A stretch of DNA of 64,000 nucleotides from Myxococcota bacterium (GTDB lineage Bacteria > Myxococcota_A > UBA796 > CAJQPC01). The position numbers and the translations under genes are program-made. Of this stretch, positions 8,916 to 18,986 are shown in pieces. Numbering within the stretch: position 1 is the first letter of the stretch; each line of letters opens with the position of its first letter. The notes below the pieces were generated by a model that was given only the letters and a program-made list of their open reading frames with translations, was not told the origin of the DNA and searched no databases. The stretch covers positions 21,680 through 85,679 of the forward strand of contig JAZAMN010000021.1 of assembly GCA_036229005.1 (NCBI GenBank). Reading direction: 5' to 3'.

Positions 8916-9920
8916 TCAGTCCACGAGGGTCTGTACCCACGCGCGCACCTGGCCGTCGCCGGGGTGTACGCGCAGGGTCTGGCCCTCGGCGTAGCTGGTG
9001 GCGCTGGGGCAGCCGGAGGCGGTGAGGGTGGTGCGGGCGCGCTCGTTGCCGGCGCGGTCGTAGGCCACATAGGTCACCGGGACCAGCTCGGTGGGCATGA
9101 TGAAGCTGCCGCTGATGCCGTCGATGCTGCTGTAGACGCAGTCCTTGAAGGGCTTGGGCGTGCCCTCAGCGGCGATCGCGACGAAGAGGTCCGCCTCGCG
9201 CAGGTTGAGGCCGTCAGCGGGGCCCGCGCTCCAGAAGTGCTCGCCGGTGCGGAAGACCGCCACCTTGGGGTCGGGGGTGGGGGCCGAGAGCCCCTGGAGG
9301 GTGCCGGGCAGGCCGGAGAAGAAGGCGCCCATGGGGCTGCCGCGGAAGGAGGCCTTCAGGGTGGCGGAGAGGGGCTCGCCGTCGGGGGACTTGACGACCA
9401 CGGGGAGCTCGAGCGCGACCCGCTTGAGGCCGAAGCTGCTCTTTGTGGTCAGGGGGGCGTCCAGGGCCAGGTGCGCGAAGGGGATGCGCAGGGCGTCGTC
9501 GGTCAGCACCACGCCTTCGCCTTCCACGCTGAGGCCCGGCAGCGGGTCCACCGTGACCTGGATCGCGCCGTCCACAATGGGGCACTCCGTTTCGATGAAG
9601 CCCCTGTCGCCCTTGTCCATCACGGTGGCCTCTCCGCCCTCGCAGCTCGGCATCAGGGCTTGAGCGACGCCGATCGTGGTGTTCACCGTTGGCGGGTTCT
9701 CGCCGAAGTCGCCGCCGAGTGTCCAGGTGTTGCGCCCGGTCTGCATGGCGCTGCGGGGGATGGTGATGGTCTGGCCGTGGGTGACCGTTTGCCCAGCGAG
9801 GGTGGCGCTGTCGATGTCCCAGAGGTGCACCTTGACCGGCAGCCCCTCGGGGGCCACGCCGCCGTACTCCGTGGCGGCGGAGGGGTTGGGGGCGCAGGCG
9901 AGCAGAAGCAGCAGGGGCAT
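8916..9920 (-). CDS. Uncharacterised lipoprotein (paralog A)
   Basis: MPLLLLLAC signal; shares blocks with 16901-17902. Confidence 0.75.
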   Translation of the reverse strand: MPLLLLLACAPNPSAATEYGGVAPEGLPVKVHLWDIDSATLAGQTVTHGQTITIPRSAMQTGRNTWTLGGDFGENPPTVNTTIGVAQALMPSCEGGEATVMDKGDRGFIETECPIVDGAIQVTVDPLPGLSVEGEGVVLTDDALRIPFAHLALDAPLTTKSSFGLKRVALELPVVVKSPDGEPLSATLKASFRGSPMGAFFSGLPGTLQGLSAPTPDPKVAVFRTGEHFWSAGPADGLNLREADLFVAIAAEGTPKPFKDCVYSSIDGISGSFIMPTELVPVTYVAYDRAGNERARTTLTASGCPSATSYAEGQTLRVHPGDGQVRAWVQTLVD

Positions 9921-9947
9921 GGGGGGCTCCGGTTGGGGAGCCGCCCT

Positions 9948-11150
9948 CTAATGCCGTAGGGCGTCGATGGGCTCCATCCGGGCGGCGCGGCGGGCCGGGT
10001 ACCAGCCAAAGCCCACACCCACCAGGGCCGAGAACACCACAGCGATCAGCACCACCGGCAGGTTGAACACAAAGGGCACCTCCAGCAGGTGGGCCCCCAG
10101 GTAGGAGCCGCCGATCCCCAGGAGCACCCCCAGCACGCCGCCCATCGCGGACAGCAGGCTGGCCTCCACCAGGAACTGGGTCATCACGTCGCGCTCCAGG
10201 GCGCCGATGGCCATGCGGATGCCGATCTCGCGGGTGCGCTCGGTCACGGAGACCAGCATGATGTTCATGACGCCGATGCCGCCCACCAGCAGGCTCACGC
10301 CGGCCACCGCGCCCAGGAAGGCCGTCAGGGTCGTGGTGATGCCCGAGACCATCTGGGCCATCTCGCGGGTGTCGTGCACCTGGAAGTCGTCGCTGCGGTT
10401 GGCGGGCAGGTGGCGGCGCTCGCGCATCAGGGCGGTCACGTCCTGCTGCACCCGGGAGATGTTGTCCGAGGTGTCGGCGCTGACCTGGATGCTGGCGACC
10501 TCGTTGTTGCCCGTCAGGCGGCGCTGGACCGTGGTCAGGGGGGCGAACACCAGGTCGTCCTGGTCCATGCCCATCGTGTTGGCGCCCTTGGCCTCCAGCA
10601 GCCCGATCACCGTGCAGCTCATGTTGTTGACCTGGATCTTCGCGCCCAGGGCCGCCTCGCCGCCGAAGAGGGTCTCGCGGGTGGTCTCGCCGATCAGGCA
10701 CACCGCCGCGCCCGCCGTCTGCTCGGTCTCGGTGGGCATGCGCCCAGAGGCGACGGAGCGGTTGGAGACCTCGAACCACGGGTTGGTCGAACCGTACACG
10801 GTCGTGGTGGTGTCCTCACCGGCGTAGACGATCTGCGCTGAAGTCGAGGACACCGGCGCGACGGCCGCCACGTGCTGCACCTGCTGGTAGATGGCCTCGG
10901 CGTCCTTGGCCTTGAAGTTGGGGGCGTCGCCGCGCGAGCCCGGACCGCGGCCGCCGCCGGGGTGGACGGACAGCAGGTTGTTCCCCATGGACGCCAGGTC
11001 CTCTTCGACCGACGCGGTGGCCCCCTGGCCGATGCCGACCATGGCGATCACGGCGGCGACGCCGATCAGGATGCCCAGAGCCGTCAGGATCGAGCGGCTG
11101 AGGTTGCGGCGGATCTCGTTGAGCGCGATGCGCAGGGCGTTCCACAACAT
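9948..11150 (-). CDS. MacB-family ABC permease
   Basis: LGILIGVAAVI; VGGIGVMNIMLVSVTERTREIGIRMAIGA; PARRAA..EPIDALR. Confidence 0.95.
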   Translation of the reverse strand: MLWNALRIALNEIRRNLSRSILTALGILIGVAAVIAMVGIGQGATASVEEDLASMGNNLLSVHPGGGRGPGSRGDAPNFKAKDAEAIYQQVQHVAAVAPVSSTSAQIVYAGEDTTTTVYGSTNPWFEVSNRSVASGRMPTETEQTAGAAVCLIGETTRETLFGGEAALGAKIQVNNMSCTVIGLLEAKGANTMGMDQDDLVFAPLTTVQRRLTGNNEVASIQVSADTSDNISRVQQDVTALMRERRHLPANRSDDFQVHDTREMAQMVSGITTTLTAFLGAVAGVSLLVGGIGVMNIMLVSVTERTREIGIRMAIGALERDVMTQFLVEASLLSAMGGVLGVLLGIGGSYLGAHLLEVPFVFNLPVVLIAVVFSALVGVGFGWYPARRAARMEPIDALRH

Positions 11151-11151
11151 C

Positions 11152-11862
11152 TCAGGCCTCCTGGGGTGCAGGCTGCTGCACCTGCTCGATGCGCTCCAGC
11201 AGGCCGTCGCGGAAGTGCGCGATCTGGTCCACGTAGGTCATCAGCTCGGGTTCGTGGCTGACCAGGACGATGGTGATGCCCCGGGTCTTGTTGAGCTCCC
11301 GGAGCAGCGCCATGATGTCGTGGCTCATGGTGGTGTCCAGGTTTCCCGTGGGCTCGTCGGCCAGCAGGATCTCCGGCTCGGTGACGATGGCGCGGGCGAT
11401 CGCCACGCGCTGCTGCTGCCCACCGGAGAGCTCATTGGGCAGGTGGTCCCAGCGGTCGGCCAGGCCCACGCGCTCCAGCGCCGCCAGGGACCGCTCCCGC
11501 CGCTCCTTGGCGCCCACGCCCTGGTAGACCAGGGGCAGCTCCACGTTCTCGACGGCGGTGCTGCGGGCCAGCAGGTTGAAGCCCTGGAACACAAAGCCCA
11601 GCTTCTCCCGGCGCACCAGCGCGCGCTCCCGGCGGGACAGGCCCACCATCTCGCGGCCCTCCAGCAGGTAGGAGCCCTCGTTGGGCACGTCCAGGCAGCC
11701 CAGGGTGTTGAGCATGGTGCTCTTGCCCGAGCCCGAGGGGCCCATCAGGCTCAGGAACACGCCGCGCTCCACGTCCATGTCGACGCCGGCCAGCGCCCGC
11801 ACCTCGGCCTCGCCGCGGCCGTAGATGCGCTTGACGCCGCGGACCTGGATGACGGGGCTCAC
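11152..11862 (-). CDS. ABC transporter ATP-binding protein (LolD/MacB-type)
   Basis: [32 protein letters not shown]. Confidence 0.96.
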   Translation of the reverse strand: MSPVIQVRGVKRIYGRGEAEVRALAGVDMDVERGVFLSLMGPSGSGKSTMLNTLGCLDVPNEGSYLLEGREMVGLSRRERALVRREKLGFVFQGFNLLARSTAVENVELPLVYQGVGAKERRERSLAALERVGLADRWDHLPNELSGGQQQRVAIARAIVTEPEILLADEPTGNLDTTMSHDIMALLRELNKTRGITIVLVSHEPELMTYVDQIAHFRDGLLERIEQVQQPAPQEA

Positions 11863-12959
11863 ATCTCCCCCGTGATGACGCGGGTGCCCGCGTCCAGGCC
11901 GGAGACGGCCGTGGTGTTCCCGTCGCTGCCCAGGACGGTGACGGGGATCGCGCTGGGGGGCGACTTCTCGCCCTGCACCTGCCAGACCTTGTCGCCGGCG
12001 CTCTCCCCGCGGGGGGCGAAGCGCAGCGCAGCCGAGGGCACCAGGGTGGCGTCCTCCACGCGGCCCGTCTCAATGGTGGCCGTCGCCGTCATGCCCGGGC
12101 GCAGGCGGCCGTCGGCGTTGTCCAGCCGCAGCTCGGCCACGTAGACCACGGTGTCGGCGTCCTCGTCTGGGGACAGAGCCACGCGGTAGACCGTCGCGGG
12201 GAAGGACTCAGAGGGGTAGGCCGAGACGCTGAAGGTCGCCGGCTGCTCCTCGCTCAGGCGCGCCACGTCGGCCTCGTCGATGTCCACCTCTGCCTTCATC
12301 CGGGCCAGGTCGGACGCGACCGTGAAGAGGGTGGTCGTGCTCATGGAGGACACCACGGTCTGCCCCGGATCCACCTGGCGATCCAGGATCACGCCGTCGA
12401 TGGGGGAGCGGATTTCGGTGTCCTCCAGGTCCTGCTGGGCCCGCTCCAGCGAGCTCCGGGCCTGCGCGAGCTGCGCCTGGGCCGAGGCCAGCTGCGCCTT
12501 GTAGAGGTCCACCTGGATGCGGGCGTCGAACACCTCCACCTGCGTGGCCGCGCCCTTGTCCATCAGGCGCTGCAGCCGCGCGTGGTCGGCCTCGCCCTTC
12601 TCCAGGTTCACCTTGGCCGTCGAGATGGCCGCCTGGGCGCTCTGCACGGTGCCCTTGGCCTCGCTCACCGCCATCTCGAACTCCGCGGGCTCGATGCGCG
12701 CCAGGACCTGACCCGCCTTGACCCGGTCGTTCACGTCGACCAGCACCTCGGCGACCTCGCCGGTCAGGTCCGAGCCGATCTCCACCTCCTCGATGGGGGC
12801 CAGGGTGCCCACGGCGGTGACCTCAAGCGCCAGGTCTCCGGCGGTGCTCTCCTCCTCCATGTAGCCCTCGGGTCCGGGGGGACCTCCGCGGCAGGCAGAC
12901 AGCAGGGTCAGGCCCAGGCTCAGGGTCAACAGGGGCAGGGTGCGGCGGATGGCGGGCAT
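11859..12959 (-). CDS. MacA-like periplasmic adaptor subunit
   Basis: LSAC lipobox; IRSPIDG, DEAD, LRPGMTA motifs; coiled coil. Confidence 0.9.
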   Translation of the reverse strand: MPAIRRTLPLLTLSLGLTLLSACRGGPPGPEGYMEEESTAGDLALEVTAVGTLAPIEEVEIGSDLTGEVAEVLVDVNDRVKAGQVLARIEPAEFEMAVSEAKGTVQSAQAAISTAKVNLEKGEADHARLQRLMDKGAATQVEVFDARIQVDLYKAQLASAQAQLAQARSSLERAQQDLEDTEIRSPIDGVILDRQVDPGQTVVSSMSTTTLFTVASDLARMKAEVDIDEADVARLSEEQPATFSVSAYPSESFPATVYRVALSPDEDADTVVYVAELRLDNADGRLRPGMTATATIETGRVEDATLVPSAALRFAPRGESAGDKVWQVQGEKSPPSAIPVTVLGSDGNTTAVSGLDAGTRVITGEM

Positions 12960-12998
12960 GGAAACTCTCCGGTCTGCCATCAAGCTATGAGCGGGTTT

Positions 12999-13047
12999 TG
13001 GAGAAAGTGTGGAGCCCGCGGTCTCCGATCTCTCCACACTTTCTCAA
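12999..13047. promoter_or_regulatory. Symmetric operator between divergent macA and tolC
   Basis: Perfect 14-bp inverted repeat GAGAAAGTGTGGAG (13001-13014) / CTCCACACTTTCTC (13032-13045); each side carries 11-bp-spaced half-sites. Confidence 0.6.
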
Positions 13048-13082
13048 AGGTGGGAGGTGAGGTTGGATGCAGGAGGCCACCG

Positions 13083-14510
13083 ATGCCCACACCCCTGCTC
13101 ATCCTTCTGTCCAGCGCGGCCCAGGCCGCTCCCCTGAGTCTGGATCAAGCCGTCGTCGAGGCACTGCGCAACAACCCCGACCTGCAGGGGGCCCAGCTCG
13201 CCACCGCCCAGGCCGAGCAGCAGCTCGCCGTGGCCAAGGCCAGCTCCGAGCCCGCCCTGGGCGTGAGCGGCGGCTACAACAGCGCCGACTCCGCGGGCTT
13301 CATCGCCGGTACGGCCTACGACGCCACCTCCACCCGCCTGAGCAGCGGGCTGAGCGTGGGCGGCAACGTGGCGGCCTCGGGCACGAGCTGGAGCCTCTAC
13401 TCCAACTTGGAGGGCAACGAGACCCAGACGGTGTCCGACCTGACCGGCGACACCCTCCAGTCCACCTGGCAGGCCGAGACCGGCGTGGAGCTGAGCCAGG
13501 ACGTGCTGGCGCCCTTCCGCCGCAGCGCCGAGCGGCAGGCCCAGCTCGAGGCTCTGGACAACCTGACGGTCACCCAGATCCAGTCCCGGCAGCAGGAGCA
13601 GGAGGCCCTGGCCCAGGTGGCCGAGGCCTGGTGGAGCTGGGCGGTGACCTCCCGCAGCGTGGAGCTGGCCGAGCAGGAGCTGGCCCGCGCCAAGGAGCTG
13701 GAGCGGGTGAGCGTGCTCTGGTCCGAAGAGGGCATGGTCTCCGCCTCGGAGCTGGGGCAGACCCGCCTGGCCCGCCTGCAGGCGCAGCAGAGCCTGCTGG
13801 ACGCCCAGAACGCCGAGCAGCAGGCCGCCGACACCCTGCTGCTGCTGATCGGCCACGACCCGGGGGAGGCCATCGAGGTCGCCGGGGATGGCGCGCTGCG
13901 GGGGCACCTGGCCGAGGCCGGCATGGACGAGCTGATGGAGGGCAACCTGGAGCTGGCCGCCCTGCGCGCGCAGGCTGAGGCCCAGGGTCGGCAGGTGGAC
14001 TTCGCCGAGTCGGATCGGCTGCCCACGCTGGACCTGACGGCCTCGGCGGGGGTGGCGTCATTGGAGGACAACGCCAACGCCGCCCTCAGCGCGTTGGGGA
14101 CCGAGGACCGCCTGCCCTCGATGTCCGCTGGCCTGGAGCTGACCGTGCCCTTGGGGAACAAGGCCGCCCGCTCCCAGCTCGAGCTGGAGCGCTTGATCCT
14201 GCAGCAGGCCGAGCTCGACACCCTCAGCGGGGAGCGCAGCGTGCGCGCCGAGGTGCTGGCCGCCGCTCGGGATCGGGACCAGGCCGCCCAGCAGACCGCG
14301 CTCGCGCTGGAGCAGCTCCAGGTCGCCCGCGAGGTGGAGGCCGCCGAGGAGGCCCAGCTCCAGGAGGGCAACCGCCGCATGGACGAGCTGTTGGAGGCCC
14401 GCGAGGATCGGATCAGCGCCGAGCAGGCCCTGCTGGAGGCCGAGCTGGAGCAGGCGCGGGCCGAGCTGGAGCTGGCGCGCCTGGCCGGCCGCGTGGACGA
14501 GGTACTCTGA
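13083..14510 (+). CDS. TolC-family outer membrane efflux protein
   Basis: Signal peptide; LSLDQAVVEALRNNPDL; LPTLDLTAS; ELTVPLGN; helical repeats. Confidence 0.88.
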   Translation: MPTPLLILLSSAAQAAPLSLDQAVVEALRNNPDLQGAQLATAQAEQQLAVAKASSEPALGVSGGYNSADSAGFIAGTAYDATSTRLSSGLSVGGNVAASGTSWSLYSNLEGNETQTVSDLTGDTLQSTWQAETGVELSQDVLAPFRRSAERQAQLEALDNLTVTQIQSRQQEQEALAQVAEAWWSWAVTSRSVELAEQELARAKELERVSVLWSEEGMVSASELGQTRLARLQAQQSLLDAQNAEQQAADTLLLLIGHDPGEAIEVAGDGALRGHLAEAGMDELMEGNLELAALRAQAEAQGRQVDFAESDRLPTLDLTASAGVASLEDNANAALSALGTEDRLPSMSAGLELTVPLGNKAARSQLELERLILQQAELDTLSGERSVRAEVLAAARDRDQAAQQTALALEQLQVAREVEAAEEAQLQEGNRRMDELLEAREDRISAEQALLEAELEQARAELELARLAGRVDEVL

Positions 14511-14513
14511 GTC

Positions 14514-15194
14514 ATGGACCAAAAGCCGCGCATCCTGGTGGTGGAGGACGACCTGGGGGTCGTGCGCTCCCTGATCCAAGGCCTCCACAAGGCCGGCTTC
14601 GAGGTCAGCGTGGCCATGGACGGGCGCGCTGGCCTGGAGGCGGCGCTGGCCGCGGATCACGACCTGCTGGTGCTGGACCTGATGCTCCCCGAGCGCACCG
14701 GCTTCGAGATCCTGGAGGCTCTGCAGGGCCGCAGCAGCACCCCGATCATCGTGCTCTCCGCCCGCACCGAGCTGCCCGCGCGCCTGCGCTCCTTTGAGGG
14801 CGGGGCCGTCGACTTTGTGCCCAAGCCCTTCTTCATGGCCGAGCTGGTGGCGAGGATCAAGGCCCACCTGTCCTTCGTCGAGTCTGCACCGCACCGCATC
14901 CTGGAGCTCGCGGGCATGGAAGTGGATCTGGACGCACGCGAGGTGCGGGCGGGCGGCGAGCCGCTGGGGTTGACCACCCACGAGTTCAACGTCCTGGCCT
15001 TCTTGATGGAGCGCGAGGGCCGCGCCCTGAGCCGGGAGCAGATCGCCGACAGCGCGCTCCCGGAGGCCGGGGACCGCGTGGCGCGCACCGTGGACAGCCA
15101 CGTCTCCCGGGTCCGCAAGAAGCTGGGCCCGGAGGCCTCCGCCCACATCAAGACCGTGTGGGGCATCGGCTACCGCTACGTGGCGGAGCTCTGA
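14514..15194 (+). CDS. OmpR-family response regulator
   Basis: VVEDD, LDLMLP, KPF, RTVDSHVSRVRKKL, TVWGIGY. Confidence 0.95.
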   Translation: MDQKPRILVVEDDLGVVRSLIQGLHKAGFEVSVAMDGRAGLEAALAADHDLLVLDLMLPERTGFEILEALQGRSSTPIIVLSARTELPARLRSFEGGAVDFVPKPFFMAELVARIKAHLSFVESAPHRILELAGMEVDLDAREVRAGGEPLGLTTHEFNVLAFLMEREGRALSREQIADSALPEAGDRVARTVDSHVSRVRKKLGPEASAHIKTVWGIGYRYVAEL

Positions 15195-16519
15195 TGGCCG
15201 GGCCGCGCTTGGGGGTGTCGGGGCGCGTGCTGGCCAGCGCGGTGCTCTCGGCGCTGGTGGGCACCCTGCTGGTCGCCTTGACCCTGACGGCCAGCCAGCA
15301 GCTCATGCGGGACAGCATGATCCGGGGCATGAGCAGCCACGCCGACCTGGGCGCCTGTGAGGCGGCGCCGGAGCACTGGGGCGCCAACATGTCGGGCTTC
15401 CAGGTGTTCGCCTACGACGCCCAGGGGAACAGCCGGAACCCCCAGGCGCCGCCGCTGGAGCCCAGCCTGCTTCTGGCGGAGCTGGACGGGGAGCTGGTCG
15501 CCCTGCCGGATCAGGGGGACCAGCGGGAGCGCTTTGGGGTGCGGGTGCGGAGCGACGGCCCCTGCGCCATCCTGCGCCTGACCCTTACGCCGCCCCACGC
15601 CCGGGAGGAGCTGGACCCGCGCACGGTGCTGATCGGCGTGGCCACCATCCTGGCCATGACCCTGGTGGGCCTGGCGAGCTGGGGGCTGGTGGTGCGGCCC
15701 ATGCAGCGGCGCATCGAGGGCATCGCCGACAGCGCGGGCAGCGTGGGGCACCAGGACTTCGAGCCGCCGCCCCCCCAGCAGGAGGATGACCTGGGCACCA
15801 TCGCCCGGGTCCTGGGCGAGAGCCACCAGCGCATCCAGACGGACCGCCAGGAGCTGATCGCCCGCCACAAGGCTCTGGAGAAGCACCTGGCCGGAATCGC
15901 CCACGACCTGCGCACGCCGCTGGCCAGCATGCAGCTCTCGCTGGAGGCCCTGCTCGAAGACGGCCACGACGCCCAGGGGGCCCTGTCGGACATGGTCTAC
16001 CTGTCCTCGCTGGTGGAGAACCTGCATCAGGGCGTGCGGCTGCGGCACGGGCTCTCGGCGGTGGACGGACAGGTGGAGCTCGGCGAGCTCGTCGAGCGCC
16101 TGGGTCGGCGCTTCTCCCTCATCGGAAAGCACTCCGGGATCGAGGTCGCGGTGAACACCCCGGAGCGCCCGGTCCCCGTGCTCTGTGCGCCCGCTTTGGC
16201 CGAGCGGGCTCTGGCCAACCTGGTGCAGAACGCCGTCGCCCACAACCGCCCCGGGGGCCACGTCGCGGTGCTGCTGGACCTGCACGGCGACCGCTTCGAG
16301 CTGCGCGTGCTGGACGACGGCCCCGGCCTCCCCGCCGACGTGATGGCCTCTCTGGAGCTGCCCACCTTCAGCGAAGACCAGGCGCGCCAGCGGGGCCCCG
16401 GACTGGGTCTGCTCATCACCCGCGAGATCGCCCACCGCGCGGGCTGGGAGATCGCCTGGGAGCCCCAGGAGGACGGCCTCTGCGTGCGCATCGAGGGCGC
16501 GCTGGCCCCCCCGGCGTGA
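15194..16519 (+). CDS. Membrane sensor histidine kinase
   Basis: Two TM segments, HAMP, AHDLRTPL, NLVQNA, DDGPG, GLGL. Confidence 0.93.
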   Translation: MAGPRLGVSGRVLASAVLSALVGTLLVALTLTASQQLMRDSMIRGMSSHADLGACEAAPEHWGANMSGFQVFAYDAQGNSRNPQAPPLEPSLLLAELDGELVALPDQGDQRERFGVRVRSDGPCAILRLTLTPPHAREELDPRTVLIGVATILAMTLVGLASWGLVVRPMQRRIEGIADSAGSVGHQDFEPPPPQQEDDLGTIARVLGESHQRIQTDRQELIARHKALEKHLAGIAHDLRTPLASMQLSLEALLEDGHDAQGALSDMVYLSSLVENLHQGVRLRHGLSAVDGQVELGELVERLGRRFSLIGKHSGIEVAVNTPERPVPVLCAPALAERALANLVQNAVAHNRPGGHVAVLLDLHGDRFELRVLDDGPGLPADVMASLELPTFSEDQARQRGPGLGLLITREIAHRAGWEIAWEPQEDGLCVRIEGALAPPA

Positions 16520-16642
16520 CCAGAGCCTGATCCAGAGCGCCCCGGGGTCCCCCCGCGCTTGACCGCCGCCCGATCCGCGCACAGGGTTCGGCGGGCCCCG
16601 GCTCCCGGCGGCCTTTGTCTTGCACTGCACTTGGGGCGCATC

Positions 16643-16897
16643 ATGCTCAAGGAACACCGGGTCGAGGTCCAGCAAGTGGGCTTCTGGACCCTCGGATCCC
16701 TCTCCCTGGGGCTGGCCCCCTTCTTTCCGGAGCCCCACGTCTGGGGCAAGCTGCGTTGGGTGCTCGGGGGTGCCAAGGGCATGCAGCTCATGGACTTCTT
16801 CGACCTGGCCATGCACGGCCTGCCCTGGGTGATGCTGCTGGTGTCCCTGGGCAAGCTGGGGATGGCGGTCTCCAAGAGCAAGGCCAAGCCCGCCTGA
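16643..16897 (+). CDS. Small membrane protein
   Basis: LGLAPFFPEPH..GKL...FDLAMHGLPW; two hydrophobic segments; start uncertain. Confidence 0.65.
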   Translation: MLKEHRVEVQQVGFWTLGSLSLGLAPFFPEPHVWGKLRWVLGGAKGMQLMDFFDLAMHGLPWVMLLVSLGKLGMAVSKSKAKPA

Positions 16898-16900
16898 GCC

Positions 16901-17902
16901 TCAGCGCAGCAGAGTCCGCACCCAACGCCGGAGCTGCGCCTCGGAGGGCCCGACGTCGATGGGCTGGCCGGGCTTGTAGTGGAGGGTGCTGGGGCAGCGG
17001 AAGGTGGGCGTGATCGTCTTGCGCCCAAGCTCGTTGCCGGCGCGGTCGTAGGCCACGTAGGTGGTGGGGTTCAGGCGCGTGGGGACCGACGTGGGCCCGC
17101 TGCTCCCCGAGAACATGCAGCCCTGGCCCGGCTCGCCCAGCTCGTGGGAGAGCTCCTTCACGAACACATCGGCCTCGGCGACGGTCCGGCCCTCGGCCGC
17201 AGCCCCCTGCGCCCAGTAGACGCCATCGGCGGGGAACACCGCCACCCGACGCCTGCCGCTGGGGGCCTCCAGCCCCTCCAGCGTCCCCGGGAGCCCCTGG
17301 AAGAAGGCCGCGACCACCGACTCCCTGCTCGAGAAGGTGAACTCCATCTCGATGGGCTCGCCCTTGGACAGGCTCGCGGTGACGGTCCGCGGACGCCAGT
17401 CGGCTTCCTGGGTGCCGAAAGGCTCCGTCGGGCTCAGGGACTTCTCCAGCGTCAGGGGGACCAGGAGGATCCGGATCCGGTCCTCCTGCAGCTCGATGCG
17501 CTCGCCCTCCAGGCGCAGCCCCTCCCAGGGGAGGATCTGGATCTCCGCGGCGCCGTCCACCAGCGGACAGCCCTCGGCGATCGAGCTGCCCAGGGTCAGG
17601 GTCGCGGGGCCGTCTCCGGAGCACTGCATCTGCAGATCCTGGGAGGTCACCTTCCGCTCCACCCGGTGCCACTCGTCCAGCCCCTCGCCCTCGAAGCGCC
17701 ACGCGTTGTAGCCCCACTGCATCTCCGAGCGCGGGATCACGACGACCGCGCCGTCGTGCACGGTCTGGCCCACCAGCGTGGCGCTCTCCAGGTCGTTGAG
17801 CGTGACCCGGACCGGGAGGCCCTCCCGCGTCATCTCCTGGGGCTCCCCAAAGGCATAGGGTTCCCGGCACCCCAGCAGCAAACCCAGCAGCGAAAGAACC
17901 AT
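16901..17902 (-). CDS. Uncharacterised lipoprotein (paralog B)
   Basis: MVLSLLGLLLGC; GLPVRV.L.D.ESATLVGQTV, FFQGLPGTL, TYVAYDRAGNE shared with 8916-9920. Confidence 0.75.
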   Translation of the reverse strand: MVLSLLGLLLGCREPYAFGEPQEMTREGLPVRVTLNDLESATLVGQTVHDGAVVVIPRSEMQWGYNAWRFEGEGLDEWHRVERKVTSQDLQMQCSGDGPATLTLGSSIAEGCPLVDGAAEIQILPWEGLRLEGERIELQEDRIRILLVPLTLEKSLSPTEPFGTQEADWRPRTVTASLSKGEPIEMEFTFSSRESVVAAFFQGLPGTLEGLEAPSGRRRVAVFPADGVYWAQGAAAEGRTVAEADVFVKELSHELGEPGQGCMFSGSSGPTSVPTRLNPTTYVAYDRAGNELGRKTITPTFRCPSTLHYKPGQPIDVGPSEAQLRRWVRTLLR

Positions 17903-17990
17903 GCGCGCACCCCCTCTTTGTGTTGCGCCAGCATAGCGTCTGGACCTCGCCTTGGGGCGGGCCTGCTCCCCGCGCAATAGCAGCAGAGCC

Positions 17991-18956
17991 GTGAGCTCCC
18001 CCATCTTCATCGTCGGCAGCGGCCGCTCCGGCACCTCGCTGCTGCGCGCGCTGCTCAACGCCCACCGGGACATCCACCTGGGCCAGGAGTCCGGGCTCTT
18101 CCGCTGGGCCGGGCGCTGGCCGGATCTGGACGGCGCCGGGTTCCTGGAGGCCTGGTCCCGCAGCCCCTCCGGCGCGCTCTTCAACCCCGAGCCCGTTCAG
18201 CTCGCCCCCGGGGCCCCCAAGCGCGAGGCCATCGCCGCTGTCCTCCAGGCCCGCGCCGCCCGCTTCGGCAAGACCCGCTGGGGCGACAAGACCCCCCTCC
18301 ACGCCCTGCACCTCGCGGAGATCCAGGCCGCCTTCCCCCAGGCCCGCGTCGTGGCCGTGGTCCGCCATCCCGTCGCAACGGTGTCCTCGCTGGGGCGGGT
18401 GTGCTGGTCCAGTGGGAGCGCGCTGGCGGATTCCTGGATGGTGCGCCAGGCGTGGGAGGCGCTACAGGCCTCACCTCTCCCCCTCTACACCCTGCGTCTG
18501 GAGCGGCTTCTGGCCGATCCGGAGCCCGCCCTCCGCGCCCTGCTCTCCTTCCTGGAGGCGCCCTGGGACCCCCGCGTGCTGGAGCACCACCTGCACGCCG
18601 ACTTCGACGCCGACCCCCGCCTGCCTTGGCTGGTGGGCGCCGAGAAGCCCCTGCGCCCCTATGTGCCCGGTCCCGTGGCCCTGACCCCGGCCCAGGTCGC
18701 CCTGGTGGAGGCCGTGATCCCCCCCCAGACCATGGGCTACGCGCCCTGGCAGCACCCGGCAGGGGTCTCGCGCGTGGGCACCGTCCTGCAGGAGCTTGGG
18801 CGAGCCGTGGGCTTCGGCCTCCGGGCGGCGGCGGGGCGGCCCAGCCTGGATCCGGCGCGCTTGGATGCAGCGGAGGGGCTGAGGTGGCTGTGGTCCTTGA
18901 ACCCCCGCAGCCCACCGCCCCAAGGCCTGGTGGATCAGACCCTGCTCAGACACTGA
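17991..18956 (+). CDS. Sulfotransferase family protein
   Basis: PIFIVGSGRSGTSLL (5'-PSB loop), WGDKTP, RHP....SS. Confidence 0.85.
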   Translation: MSSPIFIVGSGRSGTSLLRALLNAHRDIHLGQESGLFRWAGRWPDLDGAGFLEAWSRSPSGALFNPEPVQLAPGAPKREAIAAVLQARAARFGKTRWGDKTPLHALHLAEIQAAFPQARVVAVVRHPVATVSSLGRVCWSSGSALADSWMVRQAWEALQASPLPLYTLRLERLLADPEPALRALLSFLEAPWDPRVLEHHLHADFDADPRLPWLVGAEKPLRPYVPGPVALTPAQVALVEAVIPPQTMGYAPWQHPAGVSRVGTVLQELGRAVGFGLRAAAGRPSLDPARLDAAEGLRWLWSLNPRSPPPQGLVDQTLLRH

Positions 18957-18986
18957 CCCATCGGCGAGGTCACCCTTCCGTGGAAC

